From: the human T2T-CHM13v2.0 reference genome, Homo sapiens
Strand: one strand, 5' to 3'
DNA: 64,000 nucleotides
Assembly (NCBI RefSeq): GCF_009914755.1
Contig: NC_060925.1
The notes beneath the pieces were generated by a model that saw only the letters and a program-made list of their open reading frames with translations, was not told where the DNA came from and did not search any database. Shown here in pieces: positions 16,399-33,074 of the stretch. Position 1 is the stretch's first letter. The number at the start of each line of letters is the position of its first letter. The position numbers and the translations under genes are program-made.

Positions 16399-18315
16399 AC
16401 TACTTTGAGTCTCACCTTTCCTTATTTGGAAAAATATTTCCATTGAAGTGTTATGGTGAAGATTCAATACAATTAAATGATATAACATATGTAAAGGGCT
16501 TAGAAATAACCCAATGGCTAATAAGCAACCAAGGAGTGGTAGCTCTCAGTATAGTCAGCCTCTAAGAAGAGAGCAAATGTTTATTTTCAAGAAGAATTAT
16601 GCAGAAAGGGCCACTTTCAGTCTACCATCCCCCCAAATTCCTTGAAGGAAGGATGATGTGAGCAGCAAGGGAAGACAGGAGAGTGGGCATGAAATACTAC
16701 AGAACCTGCAAGGAATGAAGTCCCTCTGTCTGTGTGTGCCTATATCAATAATTTAAACTTACACATTCATGAGATGCACTGTGTTTATTAGGATGTACAT
16801 GTGTCCCTAAGAATCTGAGAGTTCCTGAGGGACAGAGACGGTGTCTTACTCATCTGCTCTCCCCAGGTCCTGGCTTACTATCTGGCACTTATTGGGTAAT
16901 AAATGTCTGTTGAATGCATGGAAAAAGAAAGGTAGGAAAGGTATGAAGGAGAAGATGGAGGTCACGACCAGTAGAAATCTCAGCTGTTCTGCCTGGGCTC
17001 CATGTCATCTCCCTGCTATTAGGCCCATCAGAATGTAAGCACAAATGCCTAGAGAATGACAAGCTTCTTTGGGACTCTGCTGACTAGACATGACATAAGA
17101 CTGGACAGCTCCTGGGGAACTTCCAAGAGCTGGCTCCAGGCAGTAACTAATCCTAGGAGCTGCTGGCTTGGCTGCCTCTCTCCCTTCCTTATTTCCAAGA
17201 TTGGTCACCTCCTGCTCTGAAATAGCAATTGATTTTCAGACATGAGTTGATAGAGCCATGATTTTCTAATACTGTTCCAAAGGGGCTAAAGTACCTCTGA
17301 GGAGCAGTGCAGGCTAGGATCAAACTCTCCCTACCTTCCACTCCACTCCCTACCTTGCCCCTCCACCTCTGCCCACTTTCTATTTCCTCAGGCACAGCAG
17401 CTTCTACCTTATGGATTACAAATTCTGGTCATCCATCTATGGTTGCATTAGGAAAAGAGTACTGCTACTTTCATTTTCTTTTCTAACCACTGCCCTAGAA
17501 GAATAACACCTCACATTCTCTGGTAGACTGAAGCCTGCAGCTGCAAGGATGCTCAGAAAACCAGACTTCTATTCATTGGCCACTTGCTGCACTTTCTGTC
17601 CCTCGATCCTTGCAATGTACCTTTGAGGTAGGCATAAAAATCCCCATTTATAAGTGAGAAAACCAAGGCAAAAGAGGTTCAGTTTATTTCAGGCTCAAAT
17701 GTGCTTCCAATAGCTTATAGCCTCTACAGCTAGTGTTTGAACCCAGGTCTGAAACAAATAGGATTGACAAGGGGAGGGAAAAGAGGAACAGAAATTCTTT
17801 TCTATAAGACAATTGTTTATGCAGCCAGGATTTCTTAAAATCCAGTCTGTGCCTACGGACATAATCTTTGAATTTGCTTTGTTTCTCGATGAATAACTTG
17901 GAAGCTATTCAAATAACTTGGAAGCTTCCTTTAAAAGGAACATAAGGAGGTGATTTTTAACTAACCCTAGGTGTACTTTCTGAGCCAAATAGATTTTCAA
18001 ATAAGAAAATGAGAGGACGTGAGCTTGAGGAAAATGATAGGCATTCCAACCTCACCTGCTTGCTGACAACCTCCACGTGATTTCAACAATGATTTCAAAT
18101 ATTTCACTTTTTAAGTCAGTGTGACTTAAGTATGAAATTGCCTCTCCCTAAAGCTCCCCTAAGGCCTAAACAGTTGTCATTACCATAGCTGTGACAGGGA
18201 GACTGTTGAATTTATAATCTATTGGCCATTCACAGCATAGCATATAAACCTAGCTCATGATTTCTTTGCAATAGAAGTGCACTTTTTCATCATATTCCCT
18301 TCACAACTTACTCAC

Positions 18316-18407
18316 CAGATCAGACTTTGAGCTCTCCTCCAGGCTGGCTTAGCCTGGATCATTTGAAATGGTCATCCATCCTTTGGCCCCAATACCTAAA
18401 CTAAGGT
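18316..18407 (-). ncRNA. Candidate minus-strand lncRNA exon
   Basis: Consensus donor CTG|GTGAGTAAG (exon end 18316); acceptors TTGTTCATAG| (18407) or TTTAG| (18395). Confidence 0.35.
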
Positions 18408-19377
18408 CTATGAACAATAAGATTATTTTCTTCAGTGGGACTTTTTTGTTTAATATAATATTAGATATTTCCCCTGATACAAGGCTCAATCTTTTTCTTT
18501 TTAAAGCAATATTTCTCAAAGTACTTTTCACAGAACTTAAGTTTCATTAAGCACTTCACTAAAAGTCTGTGATCTAATAAATTTGGAAAATATTGAGAAT
18601 TAGAGCCCCCTCTTAGATATGTACTGTAGCTACTCAGCTTGTTACAGATGAAGTAAACATTGTAATATTCACCCAGCTTTTGAGTGATGTCTATTAACGT
18701 CACCCAAATGAGTATTCCACAGAATGCACTTTGCAAAAACCTATTATTCAAGAAAATTCTGGAGCATGAAAGCTATTAACGATAAACCCATTCACAAAAT
18801 CACACCAAATATCTAAAATCATGTTTAAAATCTCCTAGAAATGGGTTGAATTGCCCACTTCAGAGACAAAGTGATTCTTTTGTAATAACGAGTTTTGTTT
18901 AGTGAGTACTTATTATCTCATTGAATCCTGAGGACTACCTCACAAGGTAAGTATAGCTCTTTTCATTACACAAGACAAACAAGGCTCAGAGAGGTTAAGT
19001 AACTTGCTCAAGATCACAAAACTGCAGAGTGACAAAACTAGAATTTTGAATCGAAGCTCAAAGGGTCACCAAACCAAATTTGGGTCCACCCACCCAGCCT
19101 ATCAAAGTCAAGCACTGATATCGGCATTGCTGAGACAGAAGTTGAGGAATTTATTGCAGGCAGCAAGCAAGGAGTATCAGGCAGCTAATCCTTAAGGCCT
19201 AATCTCCCTGATGGCTTATGTGTAAGGGTTTTTAAAGGTGGGAAGGCAGAGGTTGCAGGCAAGGTCATACAATACATGGAGGCTACATATTGGTTTGGCC
19301 AAAAAAGGCAAAATATCTCAAAGTGAGGGCCCACAGGATAGGTGACCATTAGATGAATTCAAAGATTTTCTGATTTG

Positions 19378-19729
<352 letters not shown>

Positions 19730-19980
19730 TCAGCAGAAAGGAATGTTCTGCTCTGGCCTGTGGGTGTGACTTCCTCCAGGTCCCTCAGGAAGAAATTTAC
19801 AACAAAGAACAGTTGTGAGAGTTCAGTCCTCAGTTCCTCCTTATCTGAGATCTACGAGCCAACAGGTGGTATTTTCCATTTAGCGGGGTCTGGGTTTCTA
19901 CAGAACAACTCAGGGACATATGTTAAGATGTTATCTCTAGTTTCTATAGGGAAACAAACATTTTGTGGCTCTAATTTTCT

Positions 19981-20098
19981 TTTTTTTTAATTATACTTTA
20001 AGTTTTAGGGTACATGTGCACAACGTGCAGGTCTGTTACGTATGTATACATGTACCATGTTGGTGTGCTGCACCCATTAACTCGTCATTTAAGATTAG
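19981..20098 (-). mobile_element. Severely 5'-truncated young L1PA 3' end
   Basis: TTATACTTTAAGTTTTAGGGTACATGTGCACAACGTGCAGG...; 19-bp TSD TTTGTGGCTCTAATTTTCT (19962-19980, 20099-20117). Confidence 0.92.
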
Positions 20099-21254
20099 TT
20101 TGTGGCTCTAATTTTCTTGACTATTGTTTTAAGCTATTATTACCTTCTTACTTATCAGGGTGCTCATCTACTTCTTGAGGCTAGCCAGGTGGCTGGAATT
20201 TTCCTTGGAGGGACTCAAGAGTTTCCTTTATTTTTCGTGCCTTAAATGGGTCTGTTCTCCCTCTTCAAAGCTCAAGCTCTTAAGGACTATGCTATTGTTA
20301 GATTTTTCGTATTGGAGCAGACCTTCCCTCCTACTCAAGAACACCCCTTCTTCAGACAGCCTGGCTGGGTCTTCATCCTGGGAGAGCTCATGAAACACAA
20401 ACCAGATCTTGGCCCTCACGTGTGTCTAGGCAGAGCGGAGCCTGGGCAACACCAAGCGTTCCCCCGATTTTGCATGCCCCAGCCAATTCGGAGTCAAGAT
20501 CCATGCTCAGCTCCTTCCCTGCAAAGTGCTAATGATGAAGGATGGGGATCAAGTCAGCAAACTCCAGAAATGGTCTTAGACTAGGAGTCAAGCCTTGAGA
20601 TCCTATTACACACCAGATTCATTCCCTGATTAGAGCTGCTGAATTCTTTTACTCTCACTGCACTCATGCTAAAGTTTCTTTTCTCCAGCCTCCTAACCCC
20701 AGAGGAGGCTGAGCCATGATACCCATTGTCAAGCAATACATATTTAAGGAGCCCCTGAGATATGTCAGGCACCATCGTAGGTGCTGGGACAAGTGAATGT
20801 GACCAGGAAAGTCCCTCCCCTCTCAGAGGTTCTTTTCAAGTTGGAGGACAGCAAATACAGAAATATAGAGTCTAACATAACAACAGGGAGTAATAAACAC
20901 TTTGAAGAAAAATAAAGTGGAATAAGAGGGTAGGGTTGCCATAGGGTTCTCTGGGCAGTCTTCTATGGGAAGGCCACTTGTTTGGGCAGAGAAACAAAAG
21001 ATGTCTGAAAGGAGGACTACGGGCCCCCCATAAGTGCGCTCCGGTCCGCGCACAGGGCAATGGGCATGTAATGTCCTATGATTAAGACCTACAGTATGTA
21101 CAATATTACTGCAACAGACACTGAGACTCACTTAGCATTGTTTCATAGCATCCGAGTTGCCCTGTTGGAGGAAAGTGCATGTGATGGGCATTCATTTGCT
21201 TCTGCCATCAGACAGATTCTCTACCTTTGTCCTTCCTACAAGATTCCCTAGGAA

Positions 21255-21624
<370 letters not shown>

Positions 21625-23344
21625 TTACAGTTGAGTTTGCTCAATGCAAGGCCCCAGCAGAAATGTTGAAAGTAAGAGCAAATAGATAGTTAACCACTCT
21701 TTAAAACAACAATGGATGTATACTTCTCTGGCCTCAGCTCCTGTGGGGAAGCTCCAGTGCCAGTCCCTGGGTGCTTCACCATTTTCAGTTAGTTCCTGAA
21801 CCTTGTAAACAGACCCTTCACTAAATTCTACCTAGTTAACCCTTTGAGAATGAAACCATTTCCTGCCAGGACTCTGACAGATACAAAGAACCCACAGCCG
21901 ACTGCTGGGTGCGCAGCAGACCTAGTGCATGGCTCCACACTGCCATCTTGGGGGCTGGCACAGGCTGGCACTGAGTCTGGGGAAGGGAGCTGGGGCTGGA
22001 GGTGTGGAGGGGAAGACCGTGCATAGTTGCTTCCCGATCAGCTCTTTATTTGATTGAGAGTGAGGCAGGGAAGATTAGAGGGAAGCTTACGGTGGAATTC
22101 AGGGCTGAGGCTGCTATTCTTTTGCTCCTTGTAACTTCCTACAGTGTTGTCAGCATCCACATACTTCTCTGTGGGGTTGGTCTCAGAGCCAGGTTACCTT
22201 GTCTTAGGTCCAGTGGCACCCTGACTGGCTTGGTGTCCTTGAACAAGTTACCTAACCTCTCCATACCTCAGTCCCTCAGCTGTAAAATTTAAAAAAAAAA
22301 AAAGAAGAAGAAGAGTACCTACTGTATAGCATTGATTTGAAGATTGAATGAGCTGGTATTATACAACGTTTAGAAGCAGTGCCTGACACGCAAAAGACTC
22401 TCAACAAATACTATCCTTTACTAATATCCCGTGTGTCTGTATCAGAGCTGGGGGGGTGGAGGGACAGAAAGAAGTGGGAGAAGGTAAAGAGATGGGCAAA
22501 TGATCTCTAAAGTCTCTCTGGCACTAACACAATTCTTTATTATGTGTTTTGTCTGGCTCTTTATATTGATAGCTGTTCCAGAGGCAATCAATACCTATTA
22601 GTCGGTTTTATTCTTATTTTTCTGTCTGATCTTACAGGCGAGCAAACTGAGGCAAAGCATGAACTTACTTCTCAGGAAATTAACCATTATGTTGGCAATC
22701 GCTGTGATTATTTGAACGGCAGCATCTGGACAAATTTAGTCACATGAAGTACAGAAGAGAGATTTCTCATGGTTAAAATGAAGCTCTCTTTATTTGCTTC
22801 TGCTAATTAAAAAATCAGAGCTAAAGATACTTAAACACTACAGTTAAAATGCCATGGTTGTCTATTGGCTTAATGAATTCTCTTATGAAATCAACTCTAA
22901 AATGTTATCCATCATAAATTATGAAACACAATTTTTCTTATTCTTTTTAGAGCTTTACAATTCATCTTAAAGACCAGTGTTTACACTCTCTTCTGTAGGT
23001 TGTACAATAACCTTTGGCGAGAAAAAATAAAAGTCTGGCTTTCTGACTCATAGGTGTGTTCCCTTTAAGAGAAAAAGAAAATATGTCCTCTTTAAAACTG
23101 ATGATCATTGGTCACCTCAATTTTATTGAAGTTCACTTCTGACCTCTTTCTCTACATAAAACTGCCCAACAGAATTCTCTGTCTGAATGCCTCCTCCACA
23201 AACAAAATTTTAAGAACTAAAATCATCATCTTTCCTTCCAAATGTGCTCTCCCTATGTCCCCAGGGCTCTCCATGTGTAGAGCTGAGACCATTTGCCACT
23301 CAGTTTCCCCTCACCCAATTAATTACAAGTCCCAACAATTTTCC

Positions 23345-23642
<298 letters not shown>

Positions 23643-24419
23643 CAGTTTTGCCTTTTTAACATCCCTCAGCTCTTCAAATCCATTTTCTCTTCTCTAACAC
23701 CTCCCCATTCCCCAGCTCGTAATGAACTCTTAAGTAGATTACTACAATCACCTCCCAAATGGTCTTCCTGGCTCCATCAGCCTTGTGACCTTCAAGTTCA
23801 TTCTCCACATGGATGTCAGAGTAACTTTCTAAAATGAAAATCTGACCACATTACTCTCTTGCCTAAATCCGCCTATGGCCGCTGTTAGGATCAAGTCTAA
23901 ACTCCCGACCCTGGAACATCAGGTCTTCGTGATCTGTTCACTGCTTCTCTACCTCACCTGCAACCAACACCACTCCCACATCCATATTCTGCTCACCGTG
24001 TATCAACATGAACAGGAGGTGGGTGTTTCATTCCCCAGGAAGACACTGGGCCTTTTCAATCATCTACTGCTGTGTAATAACCACCCCGCAAACTGACCAC
24101 ATGATTTCATTTTGCAAGGGTTCCTTCCTTGGGCTGTGTTCAGCAAAAGGGTTTACTGAGCTGGCAGGTCCAAGATGGCCTCACTCACAGGACTGGCTGT
24201 TGATGGGAGCCTTGATGCTCTTGGGCTCACCCCTTATCCTCCAGTAGGTTAGAGCTTCTTACAGTGGTTTCAGGCAGCATCTGAAGACAGTAAAAGCAGA
24301 AGCTCCAAGGCTTCTTACATTCTAGCCTGGAAAATCACATCACATTGCTTCCTTCATATTTTTTTGGCAAATCAGGTTGCAAGGCTTGCCCAGATTAGGG
24401 TAAAGAGGCTCCTTTTCTT

Positions 24420-24750
24420 TTTTTCTTTTTTTTTTTTTTTTTGTTTGAGTCAGAATCTCGCTCTGTTGCCCAGGCTGGAGTGCAGTGGCGCGATCTAGGC
24501 TCACTGCAAGCTCTGCCTCCTGGGTTCACGCCATTCTCCTGCCTCAGGCTCCCAAGTAGCTGAGACTACAGGAACCTGCCACCACGCCCGGCTAATTTTT
24601 TTTTTTTTTTTTTTTTTTTTTTTGTATTTTTTAGTAGAGACTGTGTTTCACTGTGTTAGCCAGGATGGTCTCCATCTCCTGACCTCGTGATCCGCCTGCC
24701 TTGGCCTCTCAAAGTGCTGGGATTACAGGCGTGAGCCACCATGCCCGGCC
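24420..24750 (-). mobile_element. AluY with expanded middle A-tract
   Basis: GCAAGCTC...TTCACGCCATTCTCC, TTAGCCAGGATGG; 17-bp TSD AAGAGGCTCCTTTTCTT. Confidence 0.95.
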
Positions 24751-27700
24751 AAGAGGCTCCTTTTCTTGATGAAAGGAGTAGTGAAGTCACATTGCATGTC
24801 CTTGCAAAGGGACATGCAGACCACATTAGTGAGAATATGTGTCTGTATTTTGCAATCTGTAACAATGGGCATAAACTAAATGTTTTCCAAAGGGAGTAAG
24901 GCAAAACAAAAAGGACCTTGACCACTCCTTTGGCCCTGAATAAATCTAGGAAGCCTAAGAGTATGACTATCCTGAGGTAGAAAGAGGGTCACATGCTGGA
25001 TAAGAGGTACCTGGGCTCTCCACTTACAAGAAGAGAGCATGGTTACATTTATAATCACCATTCCCAACATGCTGTGAGTGCAGGCAGCTACCAGGAGGAG
25101 AACAAAGGAAATAACCAGGACACCCATCTCTAAACCTGTTAATGTAATCACACGGAACACTTCTATTTAAAATTCCTGAGGGTTAAGATGTAAGAATGCT
25201 TATCAAGGTAAATGCTGTTCACACTGCTTGGAGTGTCAGGCCTAGATCTCTATCCATCAGAAACAACAATATCAATAACAACAACAGCAACATGATGATG
25301 GGGCAATTTCTGAAAAGCACCATGTATTTTATCGATACATGTCCGTTGCAGAAAATCCAGGTAAATCCAAAGAAGTAATAAATGTCTTCCACAATCCCAT
25401 AGCCCAGAGCTAACTAACCACTATAAAGAACCCAGCGTGGTTTTAACTAATGGATCAAAAGATGCTCATCAAAGGCTCTGAGCTTTCCTGAGTGCCAACA
25501 GGAAACATCCAGCATCACTGGTCTCTCCAAGGCTGCAGGTGTCTTTGCCCATAGTGCCTGTTTTGTGTCAGGGAAAGAATCAACCTGGGAGCCAAGCCCA
25601 GGAATCAGGATGACCAAGACATACTGCACAAGGAGGGAACAAAGCCATCCGAGGACACTCAAGGACAAATCAAGCAAATGAATTTAAGGGAGACGTGCTC
25701 ATGGTCTGCTTTGCTGCTCAGCATGGCTGGGAGGCACAGTGGAAGATCATGCATCCTGCCCCTGGGACTCCTCTGCCAGAGCCTGAGAGCTTTCTCCTGC
25801 CCACAGGCTAGGGGTAGGACAGTTGGAATTGATCCATGCCTTCTAGCTAGACTGTGGGTCCCCTCAGTCTTGGGCATGGTGACAGCCCAGCATCAGACAG
25901 AGGTCAGTATCAAACTAGAAAATTTAATAAATGCTGTCAGATTTGTAGACCCAAGAAAATATAAACTGCCAATCACGGAGGAAAAAAATCTCTCAATGAT
26001 CTTATCTTTATATGATTCCCTTGCTGCCTGGAAATTGACATTTCCTTGGGGATAATCTGGTCATAGGATTGGTGAAGGTGGAAGGGAGGCAACCTCCGAA
26101 GGTGGGGCCCTCTGCTCATCTGGGACAGGGAGGGCCTGAGGTAGGTGTCTGTGTGGGCTGGGGAGGAGGATGGGAGCAGTGCTTCTAGATGTTTCCACTT
26201 TCTCCTCATTAGATAATAATGAATGGGTGATTTCCCTAGTCACTGCAGTGTGAGGAAATCTACAAAATTAATTTCACAATACACTTTACAGGATAGGTGG
26301 AGAAACACATGAAGCACAACTGCAGTGGGTTATAAAAAACGGCCTTTCGAGTTGAGCAATAAATTCGTTCAAGCAGCCATTCTGAAGGACAAACTGGCTC
26401 TGTATTTAAGAGGGGCATTCCAGCACTTCTCTAGCCACTGGGTTGACAATGACTCACCAAAGCCTCTGGTAGCCACCACAGGACGCCCAGAGCATATGTT
26501 TTAAAGCTGAACACCAAACTGCGGACTTCGGGAGTAAGTGAACTGACTGGTTTTTATTTTGTTTTACTGCTTTTAACATTACAGTAACTGTTACAGGTTC
26601 CAGCAGGCTAACTGGGTGGAAATGAGTTTGGTTTCACTTAGTCTCTCTAAAGAGAAAGCAAGTCGGTAGACTAATACCTAATAAAAGCAAAGTTGCCAAC
26701 AATTGAAATTGCCTGGGCTGCTCTGTGTGTCCCACATGCATGGGTGTGGGTGCCAGTGTGTGTGCGTGTGTGCATGCATGTGCATGTGTGTTGGGATAGA
26801 GTGGTAAGAAAATGGGAAATAATAAGAATGTTCAGTCCATAGCCCTTCATTATAAAAAGGTGAGCTGTAATAAATATTAGTGCCACATTTAGCCAAAACT
26901 TTACTCCAGCCAAAGGTGATATTTTCATGATAACATCCTGTGATTGCTTTGTTCTTCGTCTTTTATGTTCTTCCTAGATGGGCTCAGAACATACAAGAAT
27001 TAAGTACACATCTTATTTTCCAGTGATAATGCTACCAGCAAATTCTGTTGTTTGTATAAACATCAGCCATGTTTATATAACTAAACTAGTGTTTTGTTTT
27101 GTCAATTCAGCAAGAAATTAGACCAAATGGTGGCTTAATGCTGCATTGATTTGGCTATCAATTTCTTTTCACTTTTCTGCAAAATATTTAATACATTATT
27201 AAATTGAATTATGCTGACGCCACAGTTGTTCTTATCTCAATTGTCTTAAAATTCATTTAATTTTTTTTTCCTTTGGTTTCATTATTCAAATTTTAACTTC
27301 AGTTCTCAAGATTTTATCTGATGGAAGAGATGGAGTCCATTACTAAGGACTCCATTGTGCTCCATCATGCCAGAGTTGTAAAATAGATCTTTTAAAGGAA
27401 ATTTATTATGATTTTTTTCTATTTAAGAGCTTCCTCTCCAGTTGAGCATGTAAGAAAATTACACCAGGAGAATACAGTAAACTCTATGAGGCAAGCTATA
27501 AACATGTAGCATTGTGATTAGGGCTGGTTCTCCTTCTAGAGACATGGTAGGATTGCAATTTCATACCATCCTTGAAGTTAGAGAGAGCCACGTGACTCAT
27601 TTAGCCAATGAATGGTGAGCAGAATGACATGTCACTTCCAGCAGAAGCTTTAAGAATCTGAGAGACATTCATACGTTTTCCATGTGCTGTAGCCTTATAC

Positions 27701-28671
27701 CCAAAGCCTGGGTCCCAAGTGACCATGACAGGCAGAGCTCCCAGTTGAGCCACAGAGATTTAGAGAATGGCTGTTAACACAGCATAATCCAGCCCATCCT
27801 GACTAATCTGATATTAACATGTATAATAAAGAATTCTATCAATGCTGAGGGAAGATGATTAGTTAAGGTCCTAGGTTGCAAGTCTCAAAACCTCTTCCAA
27901 GGATTGTAGACAGGAAATTAAATGACTTCTAGTCCCTAGAGTTCCCAATCTCCTACCATCCCATCCTAATATGACAGAAGTAATTCCTGAGTTGCTTCTG
28001 AAACCAGAGCTTCCCTCAGAACCCTTAGCCTGCCAGATGGCTTCTTGGAGAGCCCTCACTCACTTTTCTCCTTCTGCTATTGCTGCTCATTCATTCCAGC
28101 TTTTAAAAATTCATCTTTATCCAGGAACCTCGCTTCTAGAAAAGTCATACAGGTGCTTCCAGGAGGCTACATGGGCACCCATATTTTTCTAGCCACATTC
28201 ATTAGACCAATGCAGCAGAGAAGAAAAGCCTCAATAATTATTATGACATGGCATGTTAGGATACCAAGTAAATTGCATTTGTAAAATGTGATTTTCTGTT
28301 GGTGTTCACTTCTGCTCTACTGACATTTGGTAAGTATTATTGACTGACTGACTAACTAATGTGGTCATTAGTCTTCATAAAGAAAGGCTCTCTACAAAAA
28401 CGGAGGGATGCCCTTTTTCTGGCATTTAATACGTAAGAAATTGCCTCCGATGGAAACCAGAGTTGCCTGATTACTATCAGCACAGGAGAAATGTATTAAT
28501 GTGCCTTTCTAGTAACAGGTTTTTAGAAAGTCAAATATAAACAAATCTGTCTGTTTGTGTGTGTGCATGTGGTGGTGGGGAGGGAAGAAAAAAGGAGGGG
28601 GAGAGAAAGAGAAATAAGAACCAAGTTTATTATACTGTATTCAGGGGGGAAACATTTTCCCAAGGTCCTAA

Positions 28672-29102
<431 letters not shown>

Positions 29103-30764
29103 AGGATTGCTTTTATAGCCAGTCTTCAGGTGCCCACTGTAGGAACAATGTCATTTAACCCTCGGGATTATTCTGTGCCAAATCTGGATAATGACTAATA
29201 TTCAACACAGATATTCTCAGCTCAGAAGAGCAATTAGCAAATTCATAAATTAAGTGCTTGCTTCCTTTTTAGTCAAATACAAACGTTTGTTAAAAGATAT
29301 TATTTTGCTTTACACTTTTTCTCTCAGAAATAAACAGATGCTTGAATTCCCACAGTGCTGCTTGAGCCTCACTCCATGTCATCCTGCCAGGCACCCAGAT
29401 CCAGTTCTAGAGTTTCACATGATCATGAGTGTTGGTTAATAAGTCAATGTGAACTGGGAGGGGAGATTTTTCAGGAGTGCCACAGGGCTCTCCCTTTAAT
29501 CATATACACTCCCTGCTTTCATTGGAAAGTGTACAATGATGTCAGAGTGCCCCAGAATGGAGCTAGTTGGAAGACTGCCGTCATAGGGATGCCTTAGTGA
29601 ATTAATAAGGTTTTAATTTCTGGCTCTCAACTTTGTAGATGTAAAAGTTGATTTATCAATATGTGAGAAAGGATGAATCTTTCTGAAGGTTATGTCATCA
29701 CACTCACTAAGCACACAGAGAATAATGTCTAGAATCTGAGTGCCATGTTATCAAATTATACTGAGACTCTTGCAGTCACACAGGCTGACATGTAAGCATC
29801 GCCATGCCTAGTACAGACTCTCCCTGCAGATGAAATTATATGGGATGCTAAATTATAATCAGAACAATGTTTGGTGAGCCAAAACTACAACAAGGGAAGC
29901 TAATTGGATGAATTTATAAAAATATGCCTCAGCCAAAATAGCTTAATTCAGTCTCCCTTATCATAAGGATAATCTTGCCTAAAGGGACAGTAATATTAAA
30001 GACACTAGGAATAACCTCTGTACTTTGGACAGTAGACCTGCACAGCCCCTTAGGCCTCAATGAAGTCTTATGCAAGACCAGAAGCCAATTTGCCATTTTA
30101 AGGTGATTCTCCATGTTTCTGCTCTAACTGTGCTTCACAATACTCAAGACACTGAATCAGGATGTTTCCTGGAGTGCAGGGAGCTGTCCGTGTTACTGAG
30201 CAGTTCTCAGCAACACAAAGATCCTACTGACTCCTCATCAGACTTCTTTCTCACTGGAATTTTACACCTGGGCTGTTAACACCAGGCCAGGTCAAATTCA
30301 AAGGAGAGAAAAAAGCTCATTATGAAGGGTAAAATCCAAAACACTGTGCATAAAGATATGTGTGCACAATTTTTATACATAAAGATTTCATAAAGCCAAA
30401 GCATCAGGAAATGAAAAGAGATACAGAAAGAAAAATGATGGTAAGTGAGACATTAATTTACCCTTCTAATCTCTATCACAGCAAAAAGATAATTAAAAAA
30501 TCTATATGAGGACCACAAAATACACAAAAATTATGTAGCAAAGCCTATAGCCTGAAAAAGTAAACATTGAAATTTGTATGTCCATAAAATGTTTACAAAA
30601 TTCAGTACATATTACACACCCCACCCTAAAAACATCTAAGCAAAGTAGAGAATGTAGAAATGCTACAGATTATATTCTCTGATTATGACCCAACAAAACT
30701 AGAAATTACAGCATGGAAATTTAAAAGCTTTCTCTTAAATAATTCTATGTCAAAAAGAAATCCA

Positions 30765-31061
<297 letters not shown>

Positions 31062-31121
31062 AAAAAAGAAATCCAAATAAAATTTCCAGAATATGTGGAA
31101 AATAGTGACAATAAAAATATT

Positions 31122-31419
31122 ACACATGTGTAATCCCAGCATTTTGAGATGCCAAGGTGGCAGGATCACTTGAGACCAGGAGTTCGCAACCAGCCTGGAC
31201 AACATAGGGAGACTCCATCTCCACACACGCCAAAAAAAAATTTTAAATAGCCAGGTATAGTGGTACTTCTTGTAATCCCATCTACTTGGGAGGCTAAGGT
31301 GGGAGAATCACCCAACCTCAGGAGTTCAGGGCTTCAGCAAGCCATGATCATATCACTGCACTCCAGCCTCAGCAACAGAGCAAGATCCTATCTCAAAAAA
31401 AAAAAAAAAAAAAAAAAAA
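31122..31419 (+). mobile_element. AluJ, 5'-eroded
   Basis: TGTAATCCCAGCATTTTG...GGATCACTTGAG...A-tail. Confidence 0.88.
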
Positions 31420-31550
31420 TCACATGTGGGAAATAGCTATAGCACAATAAAAATAAATGTATTAAGTATGAACAACAAAAAAGCTAGTAAAGGTTGAACA
31501 ACAACTATCCTTAGGAAAGTGGAAATAATGTATTAATAAATATGAAAGCA

Positions 31551-31858
<308 letters not shown>

Positions 31859-32705
31859 CTAATAAATTAGAAAACAGAAACATAGAACTAATTTATAAAT
31901 CAAAGCACTATGCCTTGAAAAGAGGGAGAAAAATTGTGAATTAAGGAAGGGAAGAGATGGTTGGAGAGGAGGTGGGAGAAGGCAGAGATAACTGAAGGAG
32001 CAAAAGCATCTGGAGAAGCAAAGCCACTGAAAGATGAACAGGGCTCTGAAAGAAATGCTTGATTGCTATCTTTTCAAATGACTGCAGTTCCCAGTGACAT
32101 CATTTTTCTCCTCCCTGGAAGTCTGAGGGGCAGTTCACTTATCTCCTCCCCTCCCCTACTCCTCACCCCACACTCAAAACCTGTCTATGCTCCTTTCATT
32201 CTCATATGACAGATTTCAGATGGCATTCTTATTTGCCTGATTTCTTTTTGAGATAGCTTGCATTTCCCTCCTCTATATAAAGCCACCGTTTATCAAATGC
32301 CTACATGGACCAAGCAGTCCACAAGGGCTTCACAGACAGTTTTACTAAACTCATGCCAAAACTTTCAGGTTTTATACCTACCTTATAGATAAAGAAATTG
32401 AAGCTTATAGAGTTTAAGTAATGTTCCCAAAGCCTCGTGGCTAGTAATTCAAACCTAATTTCTGCCTACTCCAAAGTCTATTTTTCCTCATGATACTATA
32501 CTGCTTCTCCATGGATAAAGACAGAGATCACATATTAATAAAATTTGCACAAAGTCGGCAAATTGTTGAAAGGGAAGGCTAAGATGATTAATAAAATCAA
32601 GAGCCAGATGATCTCAACAACCTGAAATAACTGGCTGACAACCAATTTGAATAACTCCCTGCGGGTGAAGTTCAAAGTACTATTTGGGGTTTTTTTTTAA
32701 AGTTT

Positions 32706-33074
<369 letters not shown>

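Noticed and set aside
17892-17926. 15-bp direct repeat AATAACTTGGAAGCT
   Set aside because: Ordinary micro-duplication with no insertion between copies.
18320-18390. Possible C/D-box snoRNA (GGATGA...CTGA on minus strand)
   Set aside because: No proper RUGAUGA box C or terminal stem; better explained as an exon.
22669-22820. Possible minus-strand exon (TTTAG|...GAA|GTAAGT)
   Set aside because: Weak polypyrimidine tract and no other support.
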